From Bugula neritina (Eukaryota; Animalia; Bryozoa), in NCBI GenBank assembly GCA_964035545.1, contig OZ037766.1, positions 7,988,722 through 8,052,721 of the forward strand: a DNA stretch of 64,000 nucleotides, given 5' to 3'. Shown here piece by piece: positions 27,301-40,096 of this stretch. The position numbers and the translations under genes are program-made. Numbering within the stretch: position 1 is the first letter of the stretch; the number at the start of each line of letters is the position of its first letter. The notes below the pieces were generated by a model, which searched no databases, had not been told where the DNA came from, and saw only the letters and a program-made list of their open reading frames with translations.

Positions 27301-30300
27301 AAAAACAAACGTTATGCTGCTGGTCAGTAATCCAGTCTAACTGAAAAATATTGACATCTTTATACTTAGGGGTCAAGCTGGTAACCATCCACAAGTGATC
27401 ATTTCAAAACAAGTAGAACATAGGTTAAATAAGGGAAGAAAACTCAATGTAGTCAAGCAAAGTTGAAATGAAGCTTAGGTTCATACTACATTGTTCCAAC
27501 TTGACTGTGGCCACGCTGTGTGTATTACTATAGTAGTTCACAAAACATAAGTGTATAATGAATTATTGACCGGTGCAGTAACCCTAGTTGAACTTGGACT
27601 TGCAGAACGTTAATTTTATGGCATTTAAATTCTAAAACTTGTTAGTGATGAAATGTTTTGTATGTATATGGGCGTTTGAAATTAACAAATTCTAGCTACC
27701 GACAAGTTTTTGGCATGCAATTTTCAATACTATATGTACATGCATAAGTTATGTTGCCACGCAGGTTTAAAATTTGGAAAGTATATTAATTGGTTGGGGA
27801 TAAGCTATATTTTTCCTCAGCTAATACAAAATCTAATCGAATTATGTTAACTAAGGGATAATTTCTGCAGAAACATATTGTTTGTATCCTGATAGTTTAG
27901 GCAGTTGTAATTTGTTAGAATGAGATTCTTTTTGGCAGCATTTGTTTCAAACACTTGCAAATGGGAAGACTGCCTTAATTGTGGTGCATTTCCAATTAAC
28001 TTCTCATTACAACAGTATTTTATTACTACTTGTTTATAATATTTCTCTATTGTATGTAGAAAGTTGTGAAATAATAAATATAAGACAAAAAAAGTACTGT
28101 TGTAGCAAACATATGTCTATATAACATTATAAAATCAATATATTACATAATATATTATCTCAAGTTTTCCACTATTCAATTATTTTTCATACAGTGTGAG
28201 TTTTCTACATCAATCCCAGCTTCATGGTAGGAGTAAAAGTTGTTAGCAATAGTTGAAAGGTCACATAAATGTCAAGCTCAAGTTACACTACTGTGTCACA
28301 TTTGCAGCATATAAAGCAATTCTCTAACTTGAACATGGGGTAAATGCCGAAGTGGTTTACTGATGATATACTCTGTGCAGGAATTTATACTAGTTATAAC
28401 TTATGTTTATTCTAGACTATAATTTACATCTGCAGCTTATTATTAGTAATGCAACTACCAATGTTGCTATGAATTGGTTACTTGCTGCAGCCCAGTACAT
28501 CTTGCAGTAACATCTAGGTTACTGTAATGATTATTGTACGGTACATATTAATCAATATCAACATTGTGTTACATTATGTTTAACACCCTCAAGAGAATTG
28601 AAACAAAATGGTTATGTTAGAAGTTGTCTAACTTAGCATAGGTCAATGCTTTGAAACTTAGACTGAGTAAGATTGTACTTTTTGTTGTGTCCTAGTCTAT
28701 ACCATTCTCTAAGCTCGCTGTACTTTAATAAAAGAGATATGCCATCAATCACAATGAAGGTAACTTGTATTTGATTGGCTGTGTTGTAGGTACTGATAGC
28801 TTTTTATTATCTATTACTAACCGCAGCATTAGCCAGAATCTATTACTACTAGCCACTAAGACCTGCGTAGAGCGTTGGTTAACAATGCTGCAAATTGCAG
28901 TAGTAATTGTACTACTAGCATGTGTTAGTGCTACTGCTAGTAGTACAAAAATGCAATGTCTTAGTTTCAAGCCCATTGTTGTACAAACTTGTACAAGTGA
29001 ATGTACATAGTTTCATTATGGCACCTACTCAGCTAGCTCAATATGTTTTGATATACTTTCCACTGTGATGACAGATGAAAAGAAACAATCTATTAGGCTT
29101 TTACAGTATTAGTAGTGACTAGCACAAGGGCCAACTTGCTTTATAGCATATCATAGAATCTTCACCTCACCTATCCTTGCCTATCTCCGCTCTGTTCTAT
29201 TTGGGTACCATAGAATGATTACCAAAAACCGCAAATACTTTTTGATTTCACATAATTTAAAATTTAGTAATAGATAGATAGTTACATACATGTAAGTATC
29301 GGTGCATTTAGACCCTGCATAATATTTATCTTTCATTTTCATGTTCAACATATCTCCAAATCAAGAGACACATTTGAACACAATGCAGAGCTATAAGTCC
29401 AAGTCTAGTAGTTGAGCTCATTGGTAGTACTGATTAAGCAGAACTTTGTGTCAAAGTTTTGAGACTACACCCAGGCTATTTCTGCGTGTAAGCACTTGTA
29501 CTTTTGTAAAAAAATTATCTTGAATGCTATATTAGGAGACAACTCTAAACACGTATCATCCAGCTAAAAGTACATACCATTTATTGGCCTAGTTATGTTC
29601 TAGTACAGTGCACTATTTGTGAGGCCAAAAACTAGTAGCAGGTCATGGGCCAAAGGTTAATTCGTTAGTTGCAGAGATGTAGTAAGCTTCCACTTAGCTT
29701 GTGATCATACATTCTAAAGGATTTGAAACCTGATTGCTTCATTTTATAGTTGAAAAAATGCACCCTCAACAAAATTTCACTAAAACTAGCTCTATTGCAA
29801 TACCCTGCACCTACCTCTACACTGTGAAAAATGAATTGTGAAGATTTTCTTTAAAAACTGGTTCATTAATAATATGTTAGTTATCACTCTATTGCCTTAT
29901 CAAGGTGCTAGCTAGTATTATCAGCCAGTATAACACTAGCACATTGTTCTGCATTAGGCATGTGCATGAGTGTGTATACAGTCACCAATAATATATGTTA
30001 CCACTCAACATCAAACTCAAGTTCATGTTTAATCATTACCTCTATATAAATTTGTAATAAAAGATATCCCATCAGGTAGAGTGTAGACTCATAAATTAAT
30101 ATTATGCAAGTATCGCAAGCATTTTGGCAAAACCTATGTTTACAGTATTTTGGAAGCCTGGCTCAAAATGTTTTTTAAAAAAACACCCTGTAGTAGCTAG
30201 ACCGGACTGACTAAGTTCCTTTGAGCTTTTCATAATATTTAACTTGTTCACAAGTTAACTTGAGATTGCATGCAACAGGGATACACCTTGTGGCCTAATG

Positions 30301-33300
30301 AGATGAGTACAAAAGAGGAAAGAGCTGTGCCCAACAAACTCTGTCTCATGTGCACTAACAGGCATAATAAATGAGATTCTATTGAAAATTTCCAATTCCT
30401 TCATTGCAGTTTTCGGCCATAAATATTCAAGTTATGCATATATTTGGCGGCTCTGTATTATTATGGCTATGATTTATTTCAACACTCGTTCATGATTTCC
30501 AATTCTTGGCTGGTCAGTCTGCAAGAAGAGGAAATACAATTTTGCAAATCTTTTGAAAAGCTCCATTTTTAGCAAAATTTTATAGAATTAGATGTTGATT
30601 TAAATAGAGCAGGCACGATTCAAACTAAAAAGACTAAATTAAAACTAACATTAAGTAAAAATTTATACATCTGAAAATCTAACACAGCAATAAGTGCGGG
30701 CTAACTTGCAACACCATGTGTAGCATTGGTTCTAGCAGATATTTGCAGCATTGGAATAGTTGTCTGTAGATAAGTTGACTGCTGGTAATTAGAGGTTCAT
30801 TTCTCTAGAATCTTGTATATCTGAAGCATCTCTCACCACTTTATATCTCAAAAGGCAAAGTGCATAACACTTACTAGACAGTCTTATATAGACCTATATG
30901 TATTAGCTTGTTGCCATAATTAGCAATTGCCCGCATTCCAACTACCATTATTGCTGGTGCTATTAATAAATTATTGATATATAAATTTGTTCTTGCTATG
31001 ATTGAAAAGATTCAGCAGCTGGGTGTATCTCTACCAGTATAGGTGCCCCTTTTAGATTTTTGAACAATTAATCATGCTTTACATTAGTGATCATCAGTTA
31101 ATAAAGATGTAAAACTACCTATTCTCAATATTAGTTTTTTAGTTTAGTAACAAGTGAGATGGTGAAATGGGATTTTCAACTATACTCTTAACATTTAATG
31201 TGGATATTTTGGAAATTTACCAAAGCCAAACAGTTGGTTTTTCATTTATAAAGCAGAGGCAATTTACAGCTATATGTATTTTATTCAATAGTTTTGTACA
31301 ATACTTATGGGGTGCATATAGAGTCTATGTAACTGTAACTATACTGGGTGCACTTTCTTTCATTCCATATCAAATAACAGCAGAAAATTGAGTTTATTCA
31401 TTTTATTTATTTCTATAGAAAAAAAAACAAAAAACTCTGAAACACTCAAAGATCACAAAATAATCAGAAAATATATTATGCTTTCTTTGTATAATTTATA
31501 TGTATATGTATTATGTATGCAGAAAATGAATTAATATTGTTGAGTGTTGCAAATTCATCAGGTTTCCAAATACTCTAATAGGTTTTTGACTGTAAACACC
31601 ACACACCAGAGTTTAAACAGCTACTGTTAAACTTCTATATCTTTGTACTTAAGAATTCTGCATCTTTTTAGATCGTTAACTGTGCTCACCTGGTTTATAG
31701 TCATACGGGTTTCCAAGGAAATGCAGCCTTTCATTACTGACATTCATTAAAAACTCTTTAACATACGTGAATGAAGGTTTTAGAATTCAAATAATATGGC
31801 AAAAAAGCAAAGCTACAACAGGCACATAAAGTCAACTCTTTTAATACTGCTACAAATAATTACTTCAACACTATTCATATCCAAGCAGCCAAAACTGAAA
31901 ACCAAACTTATTTGTGGACATTCAATTAAAATCTGTAGTCTAAAGCAAGTTGCAACTATACCGAACTTCGCACTAATTAAATGCTTACGGAGTTTTAAAC
32001 AATGTTCTTGAAAATTTTTAATTAAATTCCAGTCGCAATTGATGCTTTGATGCGAAAATTGACAATCGTTTTTCTGTCCGTAGCAGACAATTCTCACTAA
32101 GGCTTTTGTTGTAAATATTCATTCGCTTCGCTTCGTTTTGACATTGACGGCAATGTCACAGAATATAAAGTACTTGCTTTAAAGTACTTATTAATGGCGC
32201 GCTGGCGCAATGTGTAAAACTGTACAGTGAAAATACCGATTTTGGCGTGAATCCAATTAAACGTAGCCAAATTCACTGTTTTTATGATACACGCCTACAG
32301 TGGTTGCTATAGGTACCCTCGCTAAATTAAGGAATCATGCTATCCTTAACTGGTGTGCACCTGTCAGCCATTTCCTGTCGATATATCATACACCGAAGTG
32401 TGCGCTGTGTGCGCTAAAATCGTAAAATAATGCCTGTATATTGCAGTTTTTGTTTAATCTGTTCATTGTTGCGGATACGCTGGAAGTTCACGAAACTCTA
32501 GCTAGACCACAGTTGAGAGAGTGCGGTATAAAGTACATTTCCGATTATCTCTGTATTATACATATGAATATTGCCGACGGGGTATGGTAGACAACTCCCA
32601 CTTTGATGTACTCGAGATGCCTGAGAAGGATACGGGAGGCACCCAATTTGTAATAATATAGATTGTGTGCGGTGCAAGCCATACACTGAGATTGTCAGTT
32701 AGAACAAATTTATGTATGAAGAGATGTTGTACTGTTACAGTACACAGGCAATCAACACAGCTTGGCTACACTAGCACTGTTAGTAGAGCAGTCTACTAGG
32801 TTCAGTGCTTTACTATCACATGAAGTATGCCATGCTAATAATGGCCAACGCAATCATTGGACACTTTCATATTTTATTCACTCAAGCATAAGATTAGTTG
32901 TGTACTTTTTCAAGAGCTGCAGTTCAGGATAATACAGCTGCAGTTGCTATCCTTGTACTAAAACAATTATAAAAAAGTAATTATGATTATGTTTTTAAAA
33001 ATTGCTGTAAAAGATCCTAATTGAAATTGGAAACTCCATTTTAACTTTTCAACATCTTGAAACTGCCATGTTATGACATCATAATTCTAACAGTTTTAAA
33101 ACGCCATCAAAATCAGCTTTGTAAGGGCACATTCATAGTATGGTCTTTTGCTATGATACCTACACCTATATTTATATAATTAAACTAAGGAATATTTATT
33201 AATTATTTATTTATTATTAAGGAATAATATTAGTTACTCAATCTTCACATATAATAGCCATACATTTTGTCAGTTTCTCTTTGCCACAGAGTTGGGATAA

Positions 33301-34073
33301 AGAGTTATAAGTGGTGTGAATATTGTAAACTTTAACATAATTTTAACATTGTTAAGTGATGTGTATAAAACTACCCATAGTTAGCAATATGTATAATTGC
33401 AATACTTTAATCTGCAACGTACTGTAATATCTAGTTTTTTAGTTTGCCAGAAGACAAAAAACTTTTAAGACTTTTTACCGTTTTACGGATGATGCAAACG
33501 ATTGATTACATGACATTCTCAATTGACAAAACCGTGACACTTTTTCAAAGTGAAGTTTTATTGAGACGCAATTTTGTCTCCTCATATATACATTTGTTTT
33601 TAGTCTCATTGCACCTTTGTCATTTGATTAATCTTCAAATGGCTTCTAACCCCAGCAGATATTTACTAGTTTTTCTTCTTGCTTTATATACAGCACACAC
33701 AAATCTAAGTGAATCCTTGTTATTTGCTCTCAATAGCAAGCAAACGAAAATGTTGTTACAGGAAAAAATTAAAAGTGGTTTTTTATCAAAAATAATGTTA
33801 ATGGGGCAAAATTTTCAGAAAAGAGACTAGCTATATCATACACATTCTTTTAGGTCATCAAAGCCACTGTGAGAGGAGATACTGTGACCTATGAGGGTCA
33901 TGTATGACATTCTAGAAGCACACTAACAACCTTTGACACTGATTACTAACTACATACATGATTAGGCTGATAAAGTTGAACATGGATAGCAGTAGTGACA
34001 TCATAACTTCATCCTACTGCTAATGTGTTATGCAATCTAATAAGCTCATGATTAGGCATATCAAAGTGCATTA

Positions 34074-34681
34074 ATACTTATGAATTCCTAAACAAAACAA
34101 ATAATAATGCAAATAGACATTGTCTGGCCACAGTAATATGTTGCATAGCATAAGAGTGGTGTTTCTTCCAAGGTTAATCATAGCCAAAAGTAAAAAGAAG
34201 TTGTCTTACATCTAGTTGAGATTGCAGAAAAATATTTCAACTTACTTTATATAACATTAAAATATGCTGCTGAATTCAATTGCCAGCTTCTATTTCAGAA
34301 AAAATAAATGCATGGGAAGCAGGTCAAAACTCATTATTTACTGACAGATTGAGCTATGCCACTCAATTAGCACACAAGGTCTGAAACTGCTATTTGGTAA
34401 TATTAATCTGTCACAGCCGAAAATCACATACTTATATATTCCTAAACAAAACAAATAATAATGCAAATAAACATTGTCTGACTGCAGTAATATATTGCAT
34501 AATATAAGAGCTAATTGAGATCTAAAATAATATTATTTTGACTTACTTTACAAGAAGTTTAATTCAATCATCAACTTCTATTCAAAAAATAAATGCGTGG
34601 GAAGCAGGTTAAAACTCATTTTTTATTGACAGAATGAGCAATGCAAGCACAAGACAGCAGACTGAAACTGCTGTTTGGTAA
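34074..34681 (+). repeat. Diverged local tandem duplication (period about 354 bp)
   Basis: Copy 1 is 34074-34427 and copy 2 is 34428-34681. They share attcctaaacaaaacaaataataatgcaaata, tgggaagcaggt.aaaactcatt and ctgaaactgct.tttggtaa; copy 2 has an internal deletion. Confidence 0.9.
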
Positions 34682-35699
34682 CATTTGTAGCTAACTTCAA
34701 CTATATTGACACTGGCTATTGTTGGAGAACTAAAATCTTGTAAAAGTTTTGTTTTTAAATTCAAGCTAATCAAGTTTATCACACCATATCAGTGCAGTCC
34801 ATAGTACTGTTACCCATGTGAATCTGGGTAATACATTATTTATGCCACTATAAAACATATTCAAGCACTGTGGGATTCAGAAGTAGAGAACTTGAGCTAT
34901 TAGAAAGTGGCGTTTTAAATAAGGCTAATGTTTTTTAAATAGCAGTGAAGAGAGAATTCAACTAAACAACTTATACTTTAAGTTGGAGGTATCTGTTAGG
35001 TTCATCCAACCTCATCAGTTTATACAATCATAAACAGGATATAGTATGCAATGAAACTTTTTTGATTTAAAACATCATGTTGCTCTTGTAAGTTAAATTA
35101 AACACCGTCTTATGAATTAACTTTTAAAATTCAATTAACTCAAGTCAATATTACAGGTTTTGGGTAAAAATCAATATTGCTATAAATTTATCTTACGGTA
35201 CATGCATCAGGTAACAAGCCATCTTTCACCAATATTTTAAATTAAGCCAAGTGAAGGGTACAATATCAAAAGATTTATCCAATGTATAAAGTTCCTCAAA
35301 GGAGATTATTTTAATTAGTTAAATTAGTTAGTTAATTCGTTTAAAACAGGTCAGCTATCATTTGGGTAGAAATATTTCATTAGAAGCTCATTTAAAAGTA
35401 GCCAATGCAACCATTGGTATGACTAAAACATTTATACAGCATAATTCTCAAATTGAAAACATAAGAAAATAAAATGTTCAACTATTAAACTGTGATTCGC
35501 AATATTTTGCTCAATTGCTTGCATAGATTATGACGAGTAAGAGGATTGAATCAGCTAGTTAGTAAAAAAAATTTTTCAAGTTGGTGATGGAGGGGTTTGT
35601 TTGTCGAACATATCTTTTGTTATTCGATATAAGAGAATTTAAAAATGCTCTACTAAAATGTGTAGACGTACGTTGTAGCATAGTAATTATTATTGTATC

Positions 35700-36530
35700 C
35701 AATATGATTAGCCACGTGGTTTTCAGCCAATAGCTAGAATGATAGCATGACCGATAAATAGCCAACGCTTGCAATGGGCGGGTGCAAGGTCTACGTAGTG
35801 GATCATGTAATCTCAACATGTGTACTATGCACTACTAATTTTGTACTATTCATTTTTGATTGGCCATCTCTACTCGCCTGCCATTTTGCTTTAATTTGAG
35901 CAAGTGTTTTAACAGTACTGACCGCTTGATTGGTCAGCGTCAAGCTTCTACTGCTTGCCTTATATTATTACTCGGCTTTTGCCACTGGTGTGGGTTGAAG
36001 GACCTGGTTTATAGTACGGCTGTACAGTACCTTCATTTACAAGGCGGCAAAGCTAAAGAATGGACGGCTATGACGACTGACAAGAATCTTCTAGAATTCA
36101 ATGTCAATGGATTACCTTACCAAGAAAATATAAGTTGAATGAGAGTTCTTCTACTAAAATATTGGAGCAACGAAAGCAAGTCGGAAAATTTTCTATTGAC
36201 TTCACTACCGATGCATCAGTTGCATCAATCTCTTGCCAGTTATTTTTCTTTATACAAACTCACTTTCAGTTTCAGTGATACAACTATAATATACTACGAC
36301 TTTAAAAAGTTACGCCTAAACTTTTGCTATAGGAGAGAATGTACAGCGGCCCTGGGAGAAAGCGACCTCGCCTGTAAGTCTCCTTATAACTTCACAAACA
36401 AACTTTATATATCTATAAGTTATACCGTAAAAACCTCAGTAGAGTATTAAGATCATCACATTTCAAAAACATTTGCTGATTATTATTCTTTGAACTATTA
36501 AACTAATAGCAGCAACGTGTTAGCTGTAAG
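35700..36530 (+). promoter_or_regulatory. CpG-rich promoter-like region, candidate promoter/5' exon of the nuclear receptor
   Basis: E-box CACGTG 35713, CCAAT 35727, GC box GGGCGG 35776, ATTGG 35859 and 35929, donor-like GTAAGT 36526. Confidence 0.45.
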
Positions 36531-38019
36531 TATTAGTATATTTTTAGTTTAATTATATGAAATACTGGTGTAAAAATAGGATGGTGATATATGTTACATA
36601 ACTAGGGCTAAATTTAATATGAATAAGCTTACAATTTTAAAATTTTGGTTGGTTATACAACTACTTCACTCCAGCATAATTTCATAAGGGTATTACGATT
36701 ACACTCTTTTTACTTTGCAACTCACCAACTAAAGACAGATCTAAGGTAACACCTTTATAGGTTGAGTTTGATTGATGTCAGCTTTAAAGTCATAATTTGA
36801 GTGGTAATTATCACCTTTAAAATAAACCAGATACTTTAGGCTTAGTCAATATATTTATAAATATACGTTGAATCACAACAGAGAAAACGTGTAGAATTAG
36901 AGTACTAACTGGTAAACAGGCTATTCCACTCTGAATACTAAACTCGCTGGTGTCAATTTGAGCTCCGAGCGAGGCTGCTGTGTTTTACTCTCCTGTTTAA
37001 CTTCATTGTTTCATACTAGTACTACAGCAGTCAATGAACGATCGGGCGATGTCCTGTACAACTATATCCAATACGGTGGCACTGCCTTACACAAATATGT
37101 ACTAGTATCAATTCACTTGCTTTCTCATAATTCAGAGACTAAAAAACCGCTTCTCTTATCAAATCAGAATGAAGAAATTACCATTTAGTAATATGCAAGG
37201 TCATATAATCTGTATTTTGTGGTAAACACTAGGAATATACAATTAGAACTGGTGTTAGTTATATTGCCTTATGCTAGTGCATTGCCAACAACATGAATAT
37301 CAAAGCTTAGGAACGGCATAGACTTTAAAAACGATCTATCTTTTTAACAGAGTTATGACATTTAAATCAGCAATATATGTCATACCGCAATTATGGAACT
37401 TGAGGTTAGCTAGCTCTTACGACATCATATTCATTGAGACTATGACATCATTAGAGTGATGTGTGGCATACAAGCACCAATAGAAGGCAATTATAATACA
37501 GGTAGTGCTAAGTAATCCGTTTCTATACTGATTGAGGGGAGAAGCAAGTGTAGCCTTATCATAAATGGCCAACCTGTAACTTTTGCAGCTACTGGCATTC
37601 GAGTGATTTTGTAAGTTTGTTTGGTGGCTAGCTTTCGATAACCCGGATGCACTTGTTCAACCACTACTACTCGCTAGTGCCATTTCAACTGACAACTTCA
37701 ATCCTACGGCTCACTCAAGTTCGTTACTATTGGCCACAACATCGTTACGTTACTGGTCAGTTCACGCCCACTGGTCACAATTGATGAAGCTGAAAGCCAC
37801 ATTATTATTAATGTGAAATGTTGCAGCATCGCTGGGCCCTGAATATAAGAACTAACCGCCATTAAATCTAACAACTGCTGCAAAGCTTGTTGGTTTCTGA
37901 AGACCTAAATGCTTAAACATTGTTCTGTAAGCTTTTGTGAATAAAGTGCCTAACAGTTCCCTTGTACCCAGACAAGCAGTCCGATTCATAAACACCCAGT
38001 GTGCACTTGCATGTTTTCA

Positions 38020-38480
38020 ACCTGTTTTCCTAATGATATCACTGGCGGATATACCAGCTACACACGAAGTTACTGATAACCAGCTCACACTTTTTATTGT
38101 TTGATCCTGTTTGAAATAAAGGATATCAGGTTTGAAGCTAAATGACACTAATGTACTATTCAAGCTAGTAACTTTAATACCAGCACAGCTCAGGCAAGCT
38201 GTATTTACAGCATCAGTAAACTTGCTCTAACAAACTAAGTAAATAAAATGAATAAATCATTCTAAGAAACCTGTATTGTACTTTTTGCTTCAACTTATTT
38301 ACATGTTCAAGAATTGGCAGCGTAAGTGAAGAAAGACTTTTCAATGGGTACGCAGTATGACTTGCACTATTGGAGTTGATATTACAGTTTCAGCCTGTAC
38401 TGGCATTAGTAATACGTCATAGCAGTTGGAATTTGCTCATAAAAGTACATCAAATGTTTTGCAAAATGGCTAATGCTTTG
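38020..38480 (-). mobile_element. Degenerate LINE reverse transcriptase fragment
   Basis: The minus strand shows a frameshifted FAK(A)FD relic (~38465), then LISFISNRI.. (~38130) and a decayed GVPQGS.LG-like stretch (~38030), in the order expected for CR1/L2 RT. Confidence 0.3.
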
Positions 38481-40096
38481 TGCGAGTGTGTGCGAGTGTG
38501 TATGTGTACATATCAATGAAATATGTGAATCTTGAGCAAGATTCTGTGATGTAAGGGATTAGTTTGTGTTATATTTTCATTTCGTCAACCGCACAATAGT
38601 TTGGAGTGAATTTATATTAAGGTTTATACTATGATTTTTGGTGAAATGCATGTCTTTGTCAGATATGTTATGTCTTGTAAAAGTGATGCCTTAACTTGGC
38701 TAAACAGCTCATCTGGCTACAGAATTGACTTGTGCAGGCTGACTGTGGTATGCACTCTGTAAAATATGAGTTATGACATCACTATTGACTTTGGCTCAGG
38801 GCTCCATGTGCACTGGAGCATTATATTGCCTACTAGGCTATAATAATTTAGTAACTTTTTCACTGAGTGAAATGATTTAAATACAGTTACCTTTTTAAAT
38901 CATCAACAATGCGATTTTATTTTAAATGAGGCACGCTTTTCCTATTCTTTAAAAAGTGTTAAATGTTTGTTTTTACATATTTCATGTAGAAGATTTTTTG
39001 ATAATGAAATTTAAAATCAAAAATTTTTCACTGCTTTAATGTGTCTGAAAGTACCTGATATGCTGTACCTATGTGTTTATTCTGTGCCTTTTGCTGTGAC
39101 ATTTAGCTCTAGTCTGGGTTAAGAGCATCATAGTGATAGCATTGCTACTTTTCATTATTTACTATTGCAATTAGTGGACAGTGTATACAGGTGTATCAGG
39201 CCCATGTCAAGATGGAGTTTTCTGATTATAAAACACACAGTTTGCACAGGATCCTTATTTAAACATCAAATCTACCAGCACCCAACAGCCAGAGTTTGCA
39301 TTTGATTCGCTTCGTTGAATATGTCGGTCAGAAACTGAAGGGTTGCACTAATATAAGCAGAGTGCAGTTGGCAATAATGTTTACTGTGTTGGAGCTATCA
39401 ACGTGTTTACTTTAGAAGGCTGACCAATGAGACTTTGTGATGTGAATGCAGCACGGGACTGTAGTTAGGTGACGTATGCACAGAATATACAGCGTAAACA
39501 GCAGTATAGCCATGCATGCTATTTGGACTGGCGCCAATTATATATTGACCAGACATTAAGTGACCCTATTGTTGATGTATTATTGAGCCTGTATAGGTGG
39601 CAGCTATTGATTTGCTGAGTTTTGTATGCTTAGTGTGGAGCAGTACATATGCTCTTTGTTAGAGCTGGTATAGACTTTGAATGGGCGGTTTAACTTGACC
39701 TACTTGTGATGATTGTACTCTCCAAGACAATGATGATTGTTAATGTTTAGTTGATACCGGATCTGTAACTTATATAAACTGCAGATTTTGTTGTCAAGTA
39801 TTTGGGTGATTGTGTTCTTTCTTCTGTACATCCTGGAGAGTAGTGACCTGCTCTTTATGACTTTCAAGTTTGAAGAAATCCAAGTTTACTGTAACCTCAG
39901 TCCTGCAAAGTCAAACAACTCACCTACTGCTATTTTATCTTTGAATCTAAATATGGGAGTTACCAGCCACTTAGCAAATAAAAAGCAATTAGTGTAACTT
40001 ATAGCCAAAGTCTATGCACACAAATGTAGTTTTTCTTTCATTATATTTGCAAAAATGGTTACTTTTAGGCTTAATTTGTTGTTGTTGCTGTTTTAG

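Noticed and set aside
32498-32686. ORF with a repeated CLPYP peptide
   Set aside because: Short, no splice support, and the DNA repeat is weak
35860-36450. Two abutting in-frame ORFs separated by one TGA (selenoprotein or readthrough?)
   Set aside because: No recognisable protein, redox motif or SECIS; it lies in a GC-richer promoter-like patch where such frames occur by chance
22300-40000. Conserved microRNA hairpins in the long non-coding stretch
   Set aside because: No match by eye to conserved bilaterian mature miRNAs beyond seed-length coincidences
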